A stretch of DNA of 64,000 nucleotides from an uncultured Acidimicrobiaceae bacterium. Its GTDB lineage: Bacteria > Actinomycetota > Acidimicrobiia > Acidimicrobiales > Palsa-688. The stretch lies in NCBI GenBank assembly GCA_963769725.1, contig CAVYMU010000012.1:203993-267992 (forward strand). The letters are read 5' to 3'. Shown here one piece after another: positions 37,835 to 47,634 of the stretch (position 1 is its first letter; every line of letters starts with the position of its first letter). The translations under genes were made by a program, and so were the position numbers. The notes under the pieces were generated by a model, which saw only the letters and a program-made list of their open reading frames with translations, made no database searches and was not told the origin of the DNA.

Positions 37835-39192
37835 CCCAGCCCCACGCCTCAGGTCCGGCTTCGGGAACTGCTACGGCTCCGGAGTCGGCCCCGGCACCGG
37901 GTCCAGCTCCCACTGCGGTGGGGGCCGCGGGTCCAGCCACCCGTGCGAACCAGCCTCCCGGAGCCCCCGTGATCTCTGTCGCCGACTTCCGGGCCCGGGT
38001 GGCGACCTGGCTGGTGGAGAACGGCCCTCGGTTTGCCGACTGTGATCCCACCGATGTCGGCGCCGGCCGAGCCTTTCGCGTCGAGTTGTGGGACGCCGGG
38101 TTGCTCGGCATCACTCTCGATCCGGCCTACGGCGGCCAAGGACTGACTCCCGAGCACCAGAAGGCCTTCGCCGAGGAGGCCGCCGGCTACCGGCTCCCGC
38201 CGATCGGCGAGGCGGTGACGACGGGCATCTGCGCCCCCACTCTGCTGGACTTCGGCTCGGAGGACCAGAAGCGCAGTCACGTGCCCCGCATGATCCGGGG
38301 GGAAGAGGTCTGGACCCAGCTGCTCTCCGAGCCGGGCGCCGGTTCCGATCTCGCCGGTCTGCAAACGCGAGCGGTGCGCGACGGCGACGAGTACGTCATC
38401 AGCGGCCAGAAGGTGTGGACTTCGGGAGCCCGGGACTCCGACTACGCCCTGTGCGTGGCCCGGACCAACCCCGACGTCCCGAAGCATCAGGGACTGTCGA
38501 TGTTCGTCGTCGACCTCCGAGCGCCCGGCGTGACGATCCGGCCGCTGCGCGAGATGACCGGCAACTCGCATTTCAACGAGGTGTTCCTGGATGACGTCAA
38601 GGTCGCCGTCGACGACCTGGTCGGACGCCAGGATGACGGATGGCGGGCCCTGACGGCGATGCTCACCCACGAGCGCCTGGCCCTCGGCGCGGGGACGGGC
38701 GCCGGCGGGAGCGGTCAGGGCTGGACCAGACCGGCGTCGGCGCGTTTCATCGAACTGTCCCGCCAGAGCGGTCTCAATGACGACCCCACTCTGCGCCAGG
38801 AACTGGTCAAGCTGTACATCGCCGAGCGGGTGCTGGCCTACATGGGCCAGAAGATGCGAGACGAGATCGCCGCCGGCATAGCCGTCGGGTCCAAAGGGTC
38901 AGTGGCCAAGCTGGCCACGGCCCTGATCTCCCGCCAGTCCGCCAGCCTCGGGATGATGATCGCCGGCGCCCGCTCACAGGCCTGGGATCCCTCCGATCCG
39001 AACGGTCCGGTCCTGGCCGACGCCCTCTGTTTTTCACCGATGACGGCGATTGCCGGAGGGACCAGCGAGATCCAGCGAAACACCATCGGCGAAAGGGTCC
39101 TCGGACTGCCGAAGGAGCCCCAGGTCGACCGCGAAATCGCATTCCGCGACATCCTCCAAAACCCGGTCCGGCCCGCCGCCTCGACCAGCTAG
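37831..39192 (+). CDS. acyl-CoA dehydrogenase
   Basis: 453 aa. LLSEPGAGSDLAGLQTRA..YVISGQKVWTSGA...GGTSEIQRNTIGERVLGLPKE. GTGA overlap with the upstream gene. Confidence 0.9.
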   Translation: MTQPHASGPASGTATAPESAPAPGPAPTAVGAAGPATRANQPPGAPVISVADFRARVATWLVENGPRFADCDPTDVGAGRAFRVELWDAGLLGITLDPAYGGQGLTPEHQKAFAEEAAGYRLPPIGEAVTTGICAPTLLDFGSEDQKRSHVPRMIRGEEVWTQLLSEPGAGSDLAGLQTRAVRDGDEYVISGQKVWTSGARDSDYALCVARTNPDVPKHQGLSMFVVDLRAPGVTIRPLREMTGNSHFNEVFLDDVKVAVDDLVGRQDDGWRALTAMLTHERLALGAGTGAGGSGQGWTRPASARFIELSRQSGLNDDPTLRQELVKLYIAERVLAYMGQKMRDEIAAGIAVGSKGSVAKLATALISRQSASLGMMIAGARSQAWDPSDPNGPVLADALCFSPMTAIAGGTSEIQRNTIGERVLGLPKEPQVDREIAFRDILQNPVRPAASTS

Positions 39193-39361
39193 CTGGGGCG
39201 GCGAGCACCCGCACCCGCACCTGCGCCGCACCGGGCCCGGCCTCGTCACGGCCGGCCCGTCCTGATCTCAGCCACCGGCTGGCCGCCCCGGCGCCCGGGC
39301 CGGCTCGGTTGATAGCATCGCCCGGGCCACACCCGTCGAAACGAGCAAAGGGAGTCAGTTA

Positions 39362-40291
39362 GTGGACACGTTGGCAGGGCGCGTCGCCATCATCACCGGC
39401 GCCGGACGTGGCATCGGCCGGGAGCATGCCATCCTCTTCGCCAAAGAAGGCGCCAAGGTTGTCGTCAACGACCTCGGCGGGAATCCCGATGGCACGGGCG
39501 CAGACGTGGCCCCGGCCCAGCAGGTGGTGGACGAGATCACCGCTGCGGGCGGCGAGGCCGTAGCGAACCACGATGACGTGGCGGACTGGGAGGGAGCCCA
39601 GCGGCTGATCAATCAGGCCGTCGAAACGTTCGGGGACCTCCACGTCCTCGTCAACAACGCCGGAATCCTTCGGGATCGGATGCTGGCGAACATGTCCGAG
39701 GAGGAGTGGGACGCCATCATGCGGGTCCATCTCCGCGGTCACTTCTGCCCGACTCGCTGGGCGGCCGCCTACTGGCGCGACCAATCCAAAGCCGGCACCG
39801 AGGTCCGACGCGCCATCGTGAACACTTCCTCCACCTCCGGCCTGTTCGGAAACCGGGGTCAGACCAATTACGGGGCGGCGAAAACCGGCATCGCCACCTT
39901 TTCCATCATCGCCGACGCCGAACTGGCCCGGTATGGGGTGCGGGTCAATGCCATTGCGCCGGCCGCGGCCACCCGACTGACCGCGACGGTCCCGCGGGAG
40001 CGGCCCCAGGAGGCCCCGCCGGAGGACGCGTGGACCCCGATGCATCCGGCCAATATCTCACCGTTCGTCGCCTACCTGTCCACCGAGTCATGCCCTATCC
40101 ACGGGCGGGTGTTCTTCGTTCAGGGTGGCGATATCTTCCTGTTCAAACCATTCTCGATTGTCGATCAGATCTCCAAGGAAGGGTTCTGGAGCGTCGAGGA
40201 GCTGCAAAAAGAAGGGGCCAAGTTCCAGGAAGTCGACCTTGATCTGGGTCACCCGGTGGCGGGCATGCTCTGGGGTGGGCCGCCCCGCTGA
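39362..40291 (+). CDS. SDR family oxidoreductase (hydroxyacyl-CoA dehydrogenase-like)
   Basis: 309 aa. VAIITGAGRGIGRE, NNAGILRD and YGAAKTG motifs. Confidence 0.85.
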   Translation: MDTLAGRVAIITGAGRGIGREHAILFAKEGAKVVVNDLGGNPDGTGADVAPAQQVVDEITAAGGEAVANHDDVADWEGAQRLINQAVETFGDLHVLVNNAGILRDRMLANMSEEEWDAIMRVHLRGHFCPTRWAAAYWRDQSKAGTEVRRAIVNTSSTSGLFGNRGQTNYGAAKTGIATFSIIADAELARYGVRVNAIAPAAATRLTATVPRERPQEAPPEDAWTPMHPANISPFVAYLSTESCPIHGRVFFVQGGDIFLFKPFSIVDQISKEGFWSVEELQKEGAKFQEVDLDLGHPVAGMLWGGPPR

Positions 40292-40332
40292 GCGCTTCAG
40301 AAGACGCCGCCCTGTTTGAACGGGACGGCGAC

Positions 40333-41082
40333 GTGTATGTGCCGACCCATCTGACCCAGGGTCCCTGGGATCCAAATGCCCAGTTCGGTGGCTCACCGGC
40401 CGCCTTGCTGGCCACCTTGATCGAGCAGGTCCCGACGCTCGCCCCCATGCAGATGGCGCGCCTCACCGTCGATCTGCTGCGGCCCGTTCCCCTCGACGCC
40501 TTGACCGCCGATGTCCAGATCGTCCGAGAGGGAAAACGGATACAAGTGGTGGCTGCGTCCCTGCGCTGTGGTTCCACCGAGGTGGCTCGCAGCACCGCGT
40601 TGCGCATCCGCCGGGTCGACCTCGGGGACCAGGTGCTACCCGATGGCGCCTGCGACAACCCCCTGCCGTCCGAGCCACGAGCCGTGGACAACGAGCCTTT
40701 TCCGATGGGCCCGCGCCACGGCGCTCGTCAGGCCGTCGAGTACTGGTACGAGGGGAAAGGGGGCTACTACTGGGACCCCACCTGGGTCCGGCTACGGGTG
40801 GATATCATCGCCGGGCAGCCAACAACTCCACTGTCGAGACTGGCCTACACCGCAGACCTGGCCAGTGGGATCGGGGTGGCGAGGGAACTTCCCGTCAGCG
40901 GCATCAATGCTGACCTCGCCATCAATGTGATCCGCTATCCCCAGGGTGAGTGGCTGTGCCTCGGTGGCCGGGGTTGGATCAGTCGACAGGGAATCGGCCA
41001 GGTTCAGGCGACCGTCTCCGACACCGGAGGGATCACCGCCGCGGTCTCCATGGCCCGCCTGGTCGATCCCACCCCGAGCTGA
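40333..41082 (+). CDS. thioesterase-like superfamily protein (TesB/4HBT_3-like)
   Basis: 249 aa. The in-frame upstream sequence LFERDGDVYVPTH suggests the start is a few codons earlier. Paralogous in style to 61701..62501. Confidence 0.6.
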   Translation: MYVPTHLTQGPWDPNAQFGGSPAALLATLIEQVPTLAPMQMARLTVDLLRPVPLDALTADVQIVREGKRIQVVAASLRCGSTEVARSTALRIRRVDLGDQVLPDGACDNPLPSEPRAVDNEPFPMGPRHGARQAVEYWYEGKGGYYWDPTWVRLRVDIIAGQPTTPLSRLAYTADLASGIGVARELPVSGINADLAINVIRYPQGEWLCLGGRGWISRQGIGQVQATVSDTGGITAAVSMARLVDPTPS

Positions 41083-41088
41083 CCGCCT

Positions 41089-42078
41089 TCAGGCCAGCAG
41101 CCGAGCGCGGAGGACCTCGGGAACGGACGGATCCATGCCTCCTGGTCCGGCGAGGTAGCCGCTGATCCCGCCGTACCGCCCGCCGACCTCGGCGAGGGCC
41201 GACTGCATGGCCCAGCGGGGTGTACGCAAGATGCCGGCGGCTACTTCGGGTGCTACCCCCCGCTCGTTCCGCAAGCGATCCATGACCGCATCCACCCGGT
41301 CAGGCGTGCGATAGCGAGAAGTCAACTCGTAGTCGTCGAGGATGTCCTCCTCAGCAACGCCGAGAACGGATAGCAGAAGGGCGGCGACAATCCCGGTCCG
41401 GTCTTTGCCCGCGGCACAATGAAAGACCGCCGGCAGACGGGATTCGTCCGCCAGGTCGGAGAGAATGCGCCCCAGGCTGGCCGCCGACTGCTCCAGTATG
41501 TGCAGATAGATGTCGGCCAGGAACCTCTCGCCGTCGGCCAGCATGGCGTCGATGGTGGGCGGCGAGGACGCGTCGGTGATCAACGGGATCAGCTCGACGG
41601 CGTGTCCGCCTGGCGGCAGCCGGTTGGGGGTCAGCTCCCGCTCGGTGTCGGAGCGCAGGTCGTAGATGGCTCTGACACCGAGCCGGGCGAAGGTGACGAA
41701 GTCGGGCGCTTCGAGCAGCAGGGCGTCGGAGCGAAACACCCGCCCCCAACGGGTGTGGGCCCCGTCCGCCGTCACGTATCCGCCGAGGTCACGGAAGTTC
41801 CGGGCTCCGAGCAGGCCGAGGTTGCGTTCGCCTGCGATCACGGCGACGCCGCCCCCCGACGGTGCGACTCGGACGTAGGCCGGCCCGGACGGGAGGTCGT
41901 CGAGAAGATAACGACAGAGATCTGCGTCAACGGTGTGGGCGCAGTGGAGGTTGACGGCTTCGGGCGTATTCGCCAAGCCGATCTCGACCTGTTCGCAGCT
42001 GCCAGACACGGACCAGCCGACTATGGCCCGGCCCCGGGCGTCGCGCTCGAAACTCACGTTGGTGATGGCGGCGTCCAT
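41089..42078 (-). CDS. protein tyrosine/serine phosphatase (Y_phosphatase3-like)
   Basis: 329 aa with the CX5R active site HCAAGKDRTG. Confidence 0.8.
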   Translation of the reverse strand: MDAAITNVSFERDARGRAIVGWSVSGSCEQVEIGLANTPEAVNLHCAHTVDADLCRYLLDDLPSGPAYVRVAPSGGGVAVIAGERNLGLLGARNFRDLGGYVTADGAHTRWGRVFRSDALLLEAPDFVTFARLGVRAIYDLRSDTERELTPNRLPPGGHAVELIPLITDASSPPTIDAMLADGERFLADIYLHILEQSAASLGRILSDLADESRLPAVFHCAAGKDRTGIVAALLLSVLGVAEEDILDDYELTSRYRTPDRVDAVMDRLRNERGVAPEVAAGILRTPRWAMQSALAEVGGRYGGISGYLAGPGGMDPSVPEVLRARLLA

Positions 42079-42217
42079 GTCGGTGATGTTACTGAGCGGT
42101 GCGAAGGAACTTCGAATCTACGACGTCGGAGCTGCCCGTGGGTCGCCCCACCCGGCGTATCCTGCACCCAGGTCGGTGTCGAGTACCACCGGCGCCGTTC
42201 ACAAAGGAGCCTGTTCC

Positions 42218-43171
42218 ATGGAAATCACCACGCTCGGTCGTTCGGGCTTGCACATCACCCGTCCTTGTCTGGGCGCCATGATGTTCGGCCACAGCCCGAG
42301 CGCGCCGACCGACGAGCAGGAGAGCCGGCGAATCATCGATGCCTTCCTCGACGCCGGTGGCAATTTCATCGACACCGCCAACGTCTATGTGGACGGTGAA
42401 TCCGAGGAAGTCGTGGGCCGCGCCATCAAATCCAAGCGCGACGACGTCGTGCTGGCAACCAAAGGCTTCGGACCGATCGGCCCGGGACCCAACGACACCG
42501 GGCTGGGTCGCAAATACCTGACCCGGGCCTTGGAAGCCAGCTTGCGCCGGCTCGATACCGACTACATCGACCTCTACCAGTGCCACCGCCACGATCAGGA
42601 CACGCCCGTCGAAGAGACCATGGCGACCCTGCACAGTTTCGTGCAGGCCGGCAAAGTCCGCTACCTGGGCTGCTCGAACTGGACGGGGTCGCAGATCGTC
42701 GAGGCCCAAAGCGCGGCGGCCCGCTACGGGTGGACCCCCTTCGTCAGCCTCCAGCCCCGCTACTCGCTCACCAGCCGGAGGATCGAGGAGGACGTGCTGC
42801 CGACATGCCAGCGGCATGGCATGGGGACGATGGTCTACAGCCCGCTCGGCGGTGGGGTCTTGACCGGCAAATACCGGCGCGGCGAGACCCCGCCGGCCGG
42901 CAGCCGGGCGGGACGAGGCGGGTTCTGGGCCAACATGCTCGACGAGCAGAGCCTCGACACCGCCGATGAGGTGGCCAAGGTTGCGGCCGAGATCGGAGCC
43001 ACTCCGACGGCGGTGGCGATCGCATGGGTGCTGGCCCGCCGCGGGGTCACCTCAGTGATCATCGGGCCCCGCACCTTCGACCAGTACGAGCAGAACCTGG
43101 AGGGCTTCGATCTGCACCTCGAGCCGGCCCTGGTGAAGCGGCTGAGCGACGCCTCCCGCTGGGCTCGGTAG
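42218..43171 (+). CDS. aldo/keto reductase
   Basis: ATG 42218 after AAAGGAG. MEITTLGRSGLHITRPCLGAMMFG...IDTANVY...YLGCSNW. Confidence 0.9.
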   Translation: MEITTLGRSGLHITRPCLGAMMFGHSPSAPTDEQESRRIIDAFLDAGGNFIDTANVYVDGESEEVVGRAIKSKRDDVVLATKGFGPIGPGPNDTGLGRKYLTRALEASLRRLDTDYIDLYQCHRHDQDTPVEETMATLHSFVQAGKVRYLGCSNWTGSQIVEAQSAAARYGWTPFVSLQPRYSLTSRRIEEDVLPTCQRHGMGTMVYSPLGGGVLTGKYRRGETPPAGSRAGRGGFWANMLDEQSLDTADEVAKVAAEIGATPTAVAIAWVLARRGVTSVIIGPRTFDQYEQNLEGFDLHLEPALVKRLSDASRWAR

Positions 43172-43199
43172 TCCGGGTCCCGGTCGGCGCCCCGGACGT

Positions 43200-43375
43200 G
43201 GGTCGAATCGCGGACCCGGTTCCGGCCGCAGACCCCGGGGTCCGGGGTCCGGGGTCCGGGATCACAAACTGGGCCCAGTTCGCACCTCGGGTTCGGGCCC
43301 GGGTCGAATCATGGACCCGGGTCCCGCCCCAGGCCCCGGGGTCCGGGGTCCGGGGTCCGGGGTCACAAACCGGGG
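43200..43375. repeat. 101-nt-period direct duplication, each copy containing (GGGGTCC)3-4
   Basis: Units of about 75 nt start at 43200 and 43301 with GGGTCGAATC and end with TCACAAAC. G-tract blocks lie at 43237-43260 and 43338-43362. Confidence 0.85.
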
Positions 43376-43405
43376 GCTGACCGGGCCACCCGGTCGGGTG
43401 AACTC

Positions 43406-44452
43406 TCACCGCGCCCGGCCCGCCGCCTGGGCGATCGCCCGGAAGGCATCAAGGTTCTCCACGGGAGGCGACTCGGTGACCTGAGGCCCGTAGCGAAAGA
43501 TCAATCCGGTCAACTCTGACTCGAGCCAGCGGACCGCCCGCTGGCGGATTCGGTCGACCGGACCGACCAGCCAACCGTCGTCGATGTACTCGTCTGGCAC
43601 CGCCGCGATCGCCTCTTCGTGCCGGCCGGCTGCCGTGAGCTCGGCCAGGCGATCGGCGAGGTCCTGGTAGCCCCTGGCCACCATGAAGGGCCGCTGCATG
43701 CCCGCCCACTGCACGGTGTACTCCTTGAATGGTCGCATGGCGGTGCGGACATCGTCGTCTACGAGCATGTCGACGTGAGCCCAGACTTGGAACCCGTCGG
43801 GCCCCTTAGGGGCTGCCGATCGAGCGAAGCCCTCGGCGAGGAGCGCCGTGAAAGACGACAGTATTCCTGGCGCGAAGAACGAGGGCATCCAGCCGTCGCC
43901 GATCTCGGCTGCCAGCCGGGTCATCATCGGCCCCGATGCGGCGATTATCACTGGTATCGGACCCGTCGTCTCGAGACCGATCGGCACCGCTTTGAGTCCA
44001 ATGGCGTCCTCCCCCCGGTAGGGAACGGCCCATTCCGGGCCAACGTGATCGAGCGGATCGCCTGCGAGGGCCTCCCGCAGAATGGCGACGTAGTCCCGCA
44101 TCCGGGCCACGGGATTGCCCCACGCTCTTCCGTCGAGGGATTCGACCGTCGCCGGGCCCGAGCTGCCGAGCCCGGCCATGACCCGGCCGCCGCCGGCCAT
44201 GTGATCAAGGGTCCGCAGGGCCCGGGCGGCGGCGGCCGGCGAACGACCAGAGACCTGCAGAATCCTGGTCCCGAGCTTCAACCGCCGGGTGTGACCGGCA
44301 ATGTAGCCAAGCGGCGTGAGGGCGTCAGATCCGTAGCCCTCCGCCGTGAACACGGCGTCGTAGCCCAGTGCTTCGGATAACCGGATCCGCTCAAGCGGGA
44401 CCTGGAACCGCCGGTCCTGCCACCTCACCTCTGTTCCCAGGTATTCGACCAC
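43406..44452 (-). CDS. LLM-class F420-dependent oxidoreductase
   Basis: 348 aa luciferase-like (GYDAVFTAEGYGSDALTPL...MAGLGSSGP). Confidence 0.8.
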   Translation of the reverse strand: MVEYLGTEVRWQDRRFQVPLERIRLSEALGYDAVFTAEGYGSDALTPLGYIAGHTRRLKLGTRILQVSGRSPAAAARALRTLDHMAGGGRVMAGLGSSGPATVESLDGRAWGNPVARMRDYVAILREALAGDPLDHVGPEWAVPYRGEDAIGLKAVPIGLETTGPIPVIIAASGPMMTRLAAEIGDGWMPSFFAPGILSSFTALLAEGFARSAAPKGPDGFQVWAHVDMLVDDDVRTAMRPFKEYTVQWAGMQRPFMVARGYQDLADRLAELTAAGRHEEAIAAVPDEYIDDGWLVGPVDRIRQRAVRWLESELTGLIFRYGPQVTESPPVENLDAFRAIAQAAGRAR

Positions 44453-44578
44453 GGCTCCTCCCCTCGGGTGTGCGGCCCAATGCCGATTCTCTCGTCGACG
44501 CCGTAGCTGTCACCCGGCCGGGCCCGATGCTTTGGGCTGATGGCCTGGAAGCGACTCGCCGGTCGACCGGTGCTGGCG

Positions 44579-45208
44579 TCAGGGCGCCTGGCCCCAGTGG
44601 TTGACGAATGTCACCTCCTCCACGGGGCGGCGCACCGCGGGTTTGAAATCGTCACCGGTGTAGTAGGCAACCGGCAGCAAGCAGGCCTGGGCGTAGCCGT
44701 TCGGAACTCCGAGCAGCTCGGCGGCCTCGGACTTGCGGAAAAGGTGGACCGTGGTGATCACCGAGCCCAATCCACGACTCCGTAATGCCAGCAGGAAGCT
44801 CCAGACCGCAGGATAGATCGATGGGGCCCAGCCTGCCGCTCCACCGGCCTCGAGAATGCACGGCACGACCATGACGGGCACCTCGTGCATGTGCTCAGTC
44901 AGGTAGCGAGCGGATTCGGCCACGCGGCGTTGCTGGGCCGTGTCGGCAACATTGGGCTCGCGGCGCGGCGCGGCTGAAGGCGGCGGCGGATTCTGGTAGA
45001 GCTCGGCCAGGCCCCGCTTTACCTCTGGGTCGGTGACCACCAGCCAGCGCCAGGTCTGGGCGTTGGTGCCCGACGGTGCTTGGATCGCCAGGCGGAGACA
45101 CTCCAGGATGACCTCGACGGGAACCGAGCGGCTCAGGTCGAGCCGCTTCCGTACGGCGCGGGTAGTGGTGAGGAGCCGGTCGACGGTATCGAGATCGAAG
45201 CCCGTCAT
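44579..45208 (-). CDS. nitroreductase family protein
   Basis: 209 aa. TTRAVRKRLD...APSGTNAQTWRWLVV. Confidence 0.8.
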   Translation of the reverse strand: MTGFDLDTVDRLLTTTRAVRKRLDLSRSVPVEVILECLRLAIQAPSGTNAQTWRWLVVTDPEVKRGLAELYQNPPPPSAAPRREPNVADTAQQRRVAESARYLTEHMHEVPVMVVPCILEAGGAAGWAPSIYPAVWSFLLALRSRGLGSVITTVHLFRKSEAAELLGVPNGYAQACLLPVAYYTGDDFKPAVRRPVEEVTFVNHWGQAP

Positions 45209-46365
45209 GGCCCGGGCGGACGGTGCAGACCGTCATCGAGAACGTCGACGGCGGGGAGCAATGCCGAAACGTCGGCGAGGGCCCGCAGGGCGTCGTTGAG
45301 ATGGGTGCAGCAGTCGATGCCGTGGAGAATCTCCACCACACGACTCCGTAGGTCGGTCAGTCCCTGGCCTACCAGCCAGGCCACATTGGATGCGGCCAGC
45401 GGACACTCCTGGAACGGAAGGGCACGAGGAATCGCAATCAGATCGGTGACACGGAGATCCTCGGCATCGATCGTCGCGTCCAGGCTGTACTCGTGTACGG
45501 CACTGATCCCCAGGCGCACATCTGTGCAGCAATCACGAAAATGGGCATCGACGCGAAAAGCCCGGCCTTCGCTCCACACATCCATACGCCGGGCCCGCCG
45601 CATGGCCACGCCCGTCAGCATCTCGAGCGGATGCCAGCCGTCGGGATCGCCGGGGTCGACCAAAGGGGGGACGGCGACGACGGCGCGGCCACCGTCGACC
45701 GAAGTGCCATCCGGCTGCAGGGCCGAGGAACCGGGGCGGAAGCCAGAGCAGATCCCGACCATCGGTCGACGAGCGACCGTACGTCCTTCGTCGCCGCCGC
45801 CGGCTCCGCCCCTACGGCCTCCATCACCGCTGTCGCCTCCGTTGCCGAGAAGCCGGCCGTTCCACGCCTGGGCCCACTCCCCCTCCTGACGGGACCAGGC
45901 GAACCCACCGATCAGGCTGGCGCCGGCAATGTCGTCCAGGAGCAGGGCCAGCGGGCTGTGCTGGCTGCGGTCATCCGGGACCGCCTCGTCGATGGCCGCC
46001 CGGAGCCCCTTTCCGGCCGTAGCGCCGACCAGTCGGCCCACCCCGAGACGAGGCGGTTCGACGTCAATCTTGTCGACGGTTCGCAACGCCCCGATCTCTG
46101 CTCGCATGGAGTCGTCCGCCAGGACGACCGCCCTGCCGTCCGCGCCTGTTTTCAGGTCACGGGCCCTGCCGTTGAGATGCATCTTCGTGCCCGGACCGGC
46201 CGGCCAGGTCATGTCCAGGGAACTGGTGCGTCGCACCGATCCGGGCCGGCGGATCGGCGGTCGGTCAAGCGGACCCGCCAATGGCATCTCCGGGGCCGCC
46301 CTGAGGGCGAGGGGCTTTCCGGCCCCATGGCTGGCCGCCGCGGTCGCGGCCTCAGTTCTCTCCAC
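45205..46365 (-). CDS. DUF2889-like protein, apparently two repeats joined by a Gly-rich linker
   Basis: 386 aa. C-terminal GIDCCTHLNDALRAL resembles the DUF2889 signature, and the N-half has the analogous HSPLALLLDDIAG. ATGA overlap with the nitroreductase. Confidence 0.5.
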   Translation of the reverse strand: MERTEAATAAASHGAGKPLALRAAPEMPLAGPLDRPPIRRPGSVRRTSSLDMTWPAGPGTKMHLNGRARDLKTGADGRAVVLADDSMRAEIGALRTVDKIDVEPPRLGVGRLVGATAGKGLRAAIDEAVPDDRSQHSPLALLLDDIAGASLIGGFAWSRQEGEWAQAWNGRLLGNGGDSGDGGRRGGAGGGDEGRTVARRPMVGICSGFRPGSSALQPDGTSVDGGRAVVAVPPLVDPGDPDGWHPLEMLTGVAMRRARRMDVWSEGRAFRVDAHFRDCCTDVRLGISAVHEYSLDATIDAEDLRVTDLIAIPRALPFQECPLAASNVAWLVGQGLTDLRSRVVEILHGIDCCTHLNDALRALADVSALLPAVDVLDDGLHRPPGP

Positions 46366-46577
46366 CGACCGTCAGCGTACACGTCGAATGCAAGTGATGT
46401 TCTCGATAGCCGGGTGCCGAACTCGCGGCCGTCGGCCTCGACGTTGCCGTTGCATGCCGATCAGGGCCAAGACCGACCGTAGTGGCAGCCGAGCGCGCCG
46501 GCCGGCAGGAAGACCCCGTGCGGTTCGGCTCCGCTCCCTCCAAGCAGGCCCCGAACCATCATGGCTACGCTGGCGAC

Positions 46578-47423
46578 GTGAAAATCGGCTTGAGCGCAGG
46601 AGCGGCAACCGCAGAGCGGGCCATCGAACAAGCGGAAGATGCGGAGAAGGCGGGTTTCCACAGTCTCTGGTACCCGGGCGCGGTGAGCGGGGATCCGTTG
46701 GTGCAGATGGCGCTGGCCGGTCGGGCGACGACCGCGATCGAGCTGGGAACTTCGGTATTGCAGACCTACCCGTGCCATCCGACGTTGCAGGCCGCCCGGA
46801 TTCAGTCCGTCGCGGCCGCCGTGGGACGACCCGTAACACTCGGAGTGGGCCCGTCCCATCAGATGGCGGTCGAGGGGCTCGGCCTGTCGTATGCCCATGT
46901 TGGACAGGACACCGAGGACTACGTGCGGACCCTCGCCGGCCTGCTCACGGACGAGACCCCGCTGCTGCTGGCGGCGCTCGGACCCCGCCTGCTCCGGGTC
47001 GCCGGGGAGCTCGCCGGCGGCACCATCTTGTGGATGGCCAATGCCAAGGCCATCGAGTCCCACGTCAGACCCCGCATCAGTCGAGCGGCGATGGGGTCCG
47101 GACGGGCCGACCCGCCCCGGATCGTGGCCGGTTTGCCGGTCGCCGTTCACGACGACGTCGACGAGGCCCGGGCGGCGGGGGGCGAACAGTTCGGGATATA
47201 TGGCACCTTGCCCAATTATCAGCGGATCCTGGCCCGGGGTGAGATCCACTCGCCGGCCGAGGCGGTGATCGTGGGCGACGAGAACGCCGTGACGGGACAG
47301 ATTGCGGCGCTGTTCGAAGCCGGGGCGACGGACGTGTGGGCGGCCCCATTCCCGGTCGGCGCGGACCGGTCCGCCTCGCGTGCCCGCACCCGGGCGCTGC
47401 TGGCGCACCTCGCCAGCCAGTAA
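46578..47423 (+). CDS. LLM-class F420-dependent oxidoreductase
   Basis: GTG 46578. VKIGLSAGAATAERAIEQAEDAEKAGFHSLWYPG. Confidence 0.75.
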   Translation: MKIGLSAGAATAERAIEQAEDAEKAGFHSLWYPGAVSGDPLVQMALAGRATTAIELGTSVLQTYPCHPTLQAARIQSVAAAVGRPVTLGVGPSHQMAVEGLGLSYAHVGQDTEDYVRTLAGLLTDETPLLLAALGPRLLRVAGELAGGTILWMANAKAIESHVRPRISRAAMGSGRADPPRIVAGLPVAVHDDVDEARAAGGEQFGIYGTLPNYQRILARGEIHSPAEAVIVGDENAVTGQIAALFEAGATDVWAAPFPVGADRSASRARTRALLAHLASQ

Positions 47424-47504
47424 GGGACAGGCTCGCCGACCGCCGCTCGGGTGCTGGCGGTGGCGTCGTGGCCAGCCGGGTCCGGGAAGGACGGAGGGAG
47501 GCCG

Positions 47505-47525
47505 ACGCCCCGGGGATCGGGGCGT
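47505..47525 (+). terminator. 8-bp GC hairpin downstream of the LLM gene
   Basis: ACGCCCCG-gggat-CGGGGCGT. Confidence 0.35.
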
Positions 47526-47634
47526 TCAGACCCATGGCTATCCTTTTGTGGCTCCGGAGGAGAGCAACCTCGTGCTCCCCGCCGCGAGGTCGACGTGGAC
47601 CGTGAGGTCGACGACCGGCAAAGAAGGGTGGACC

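Noticed and set aside
43200-43320. tRNA-like GGGTCGAATC (T-arm resemblance)
   Set aside because: Stem and loop geometry is wrong (8-nt loop). There is no acceptor, D or anticodon arm, and the sequence is simply the start of the duplicated element.
45929-47242. 437-aa plus-strand ORF
   Set aside because: Extremely Arg-rich, overlapping the DUF2889-like gene (antisense) and out of frame with the LLM gene.
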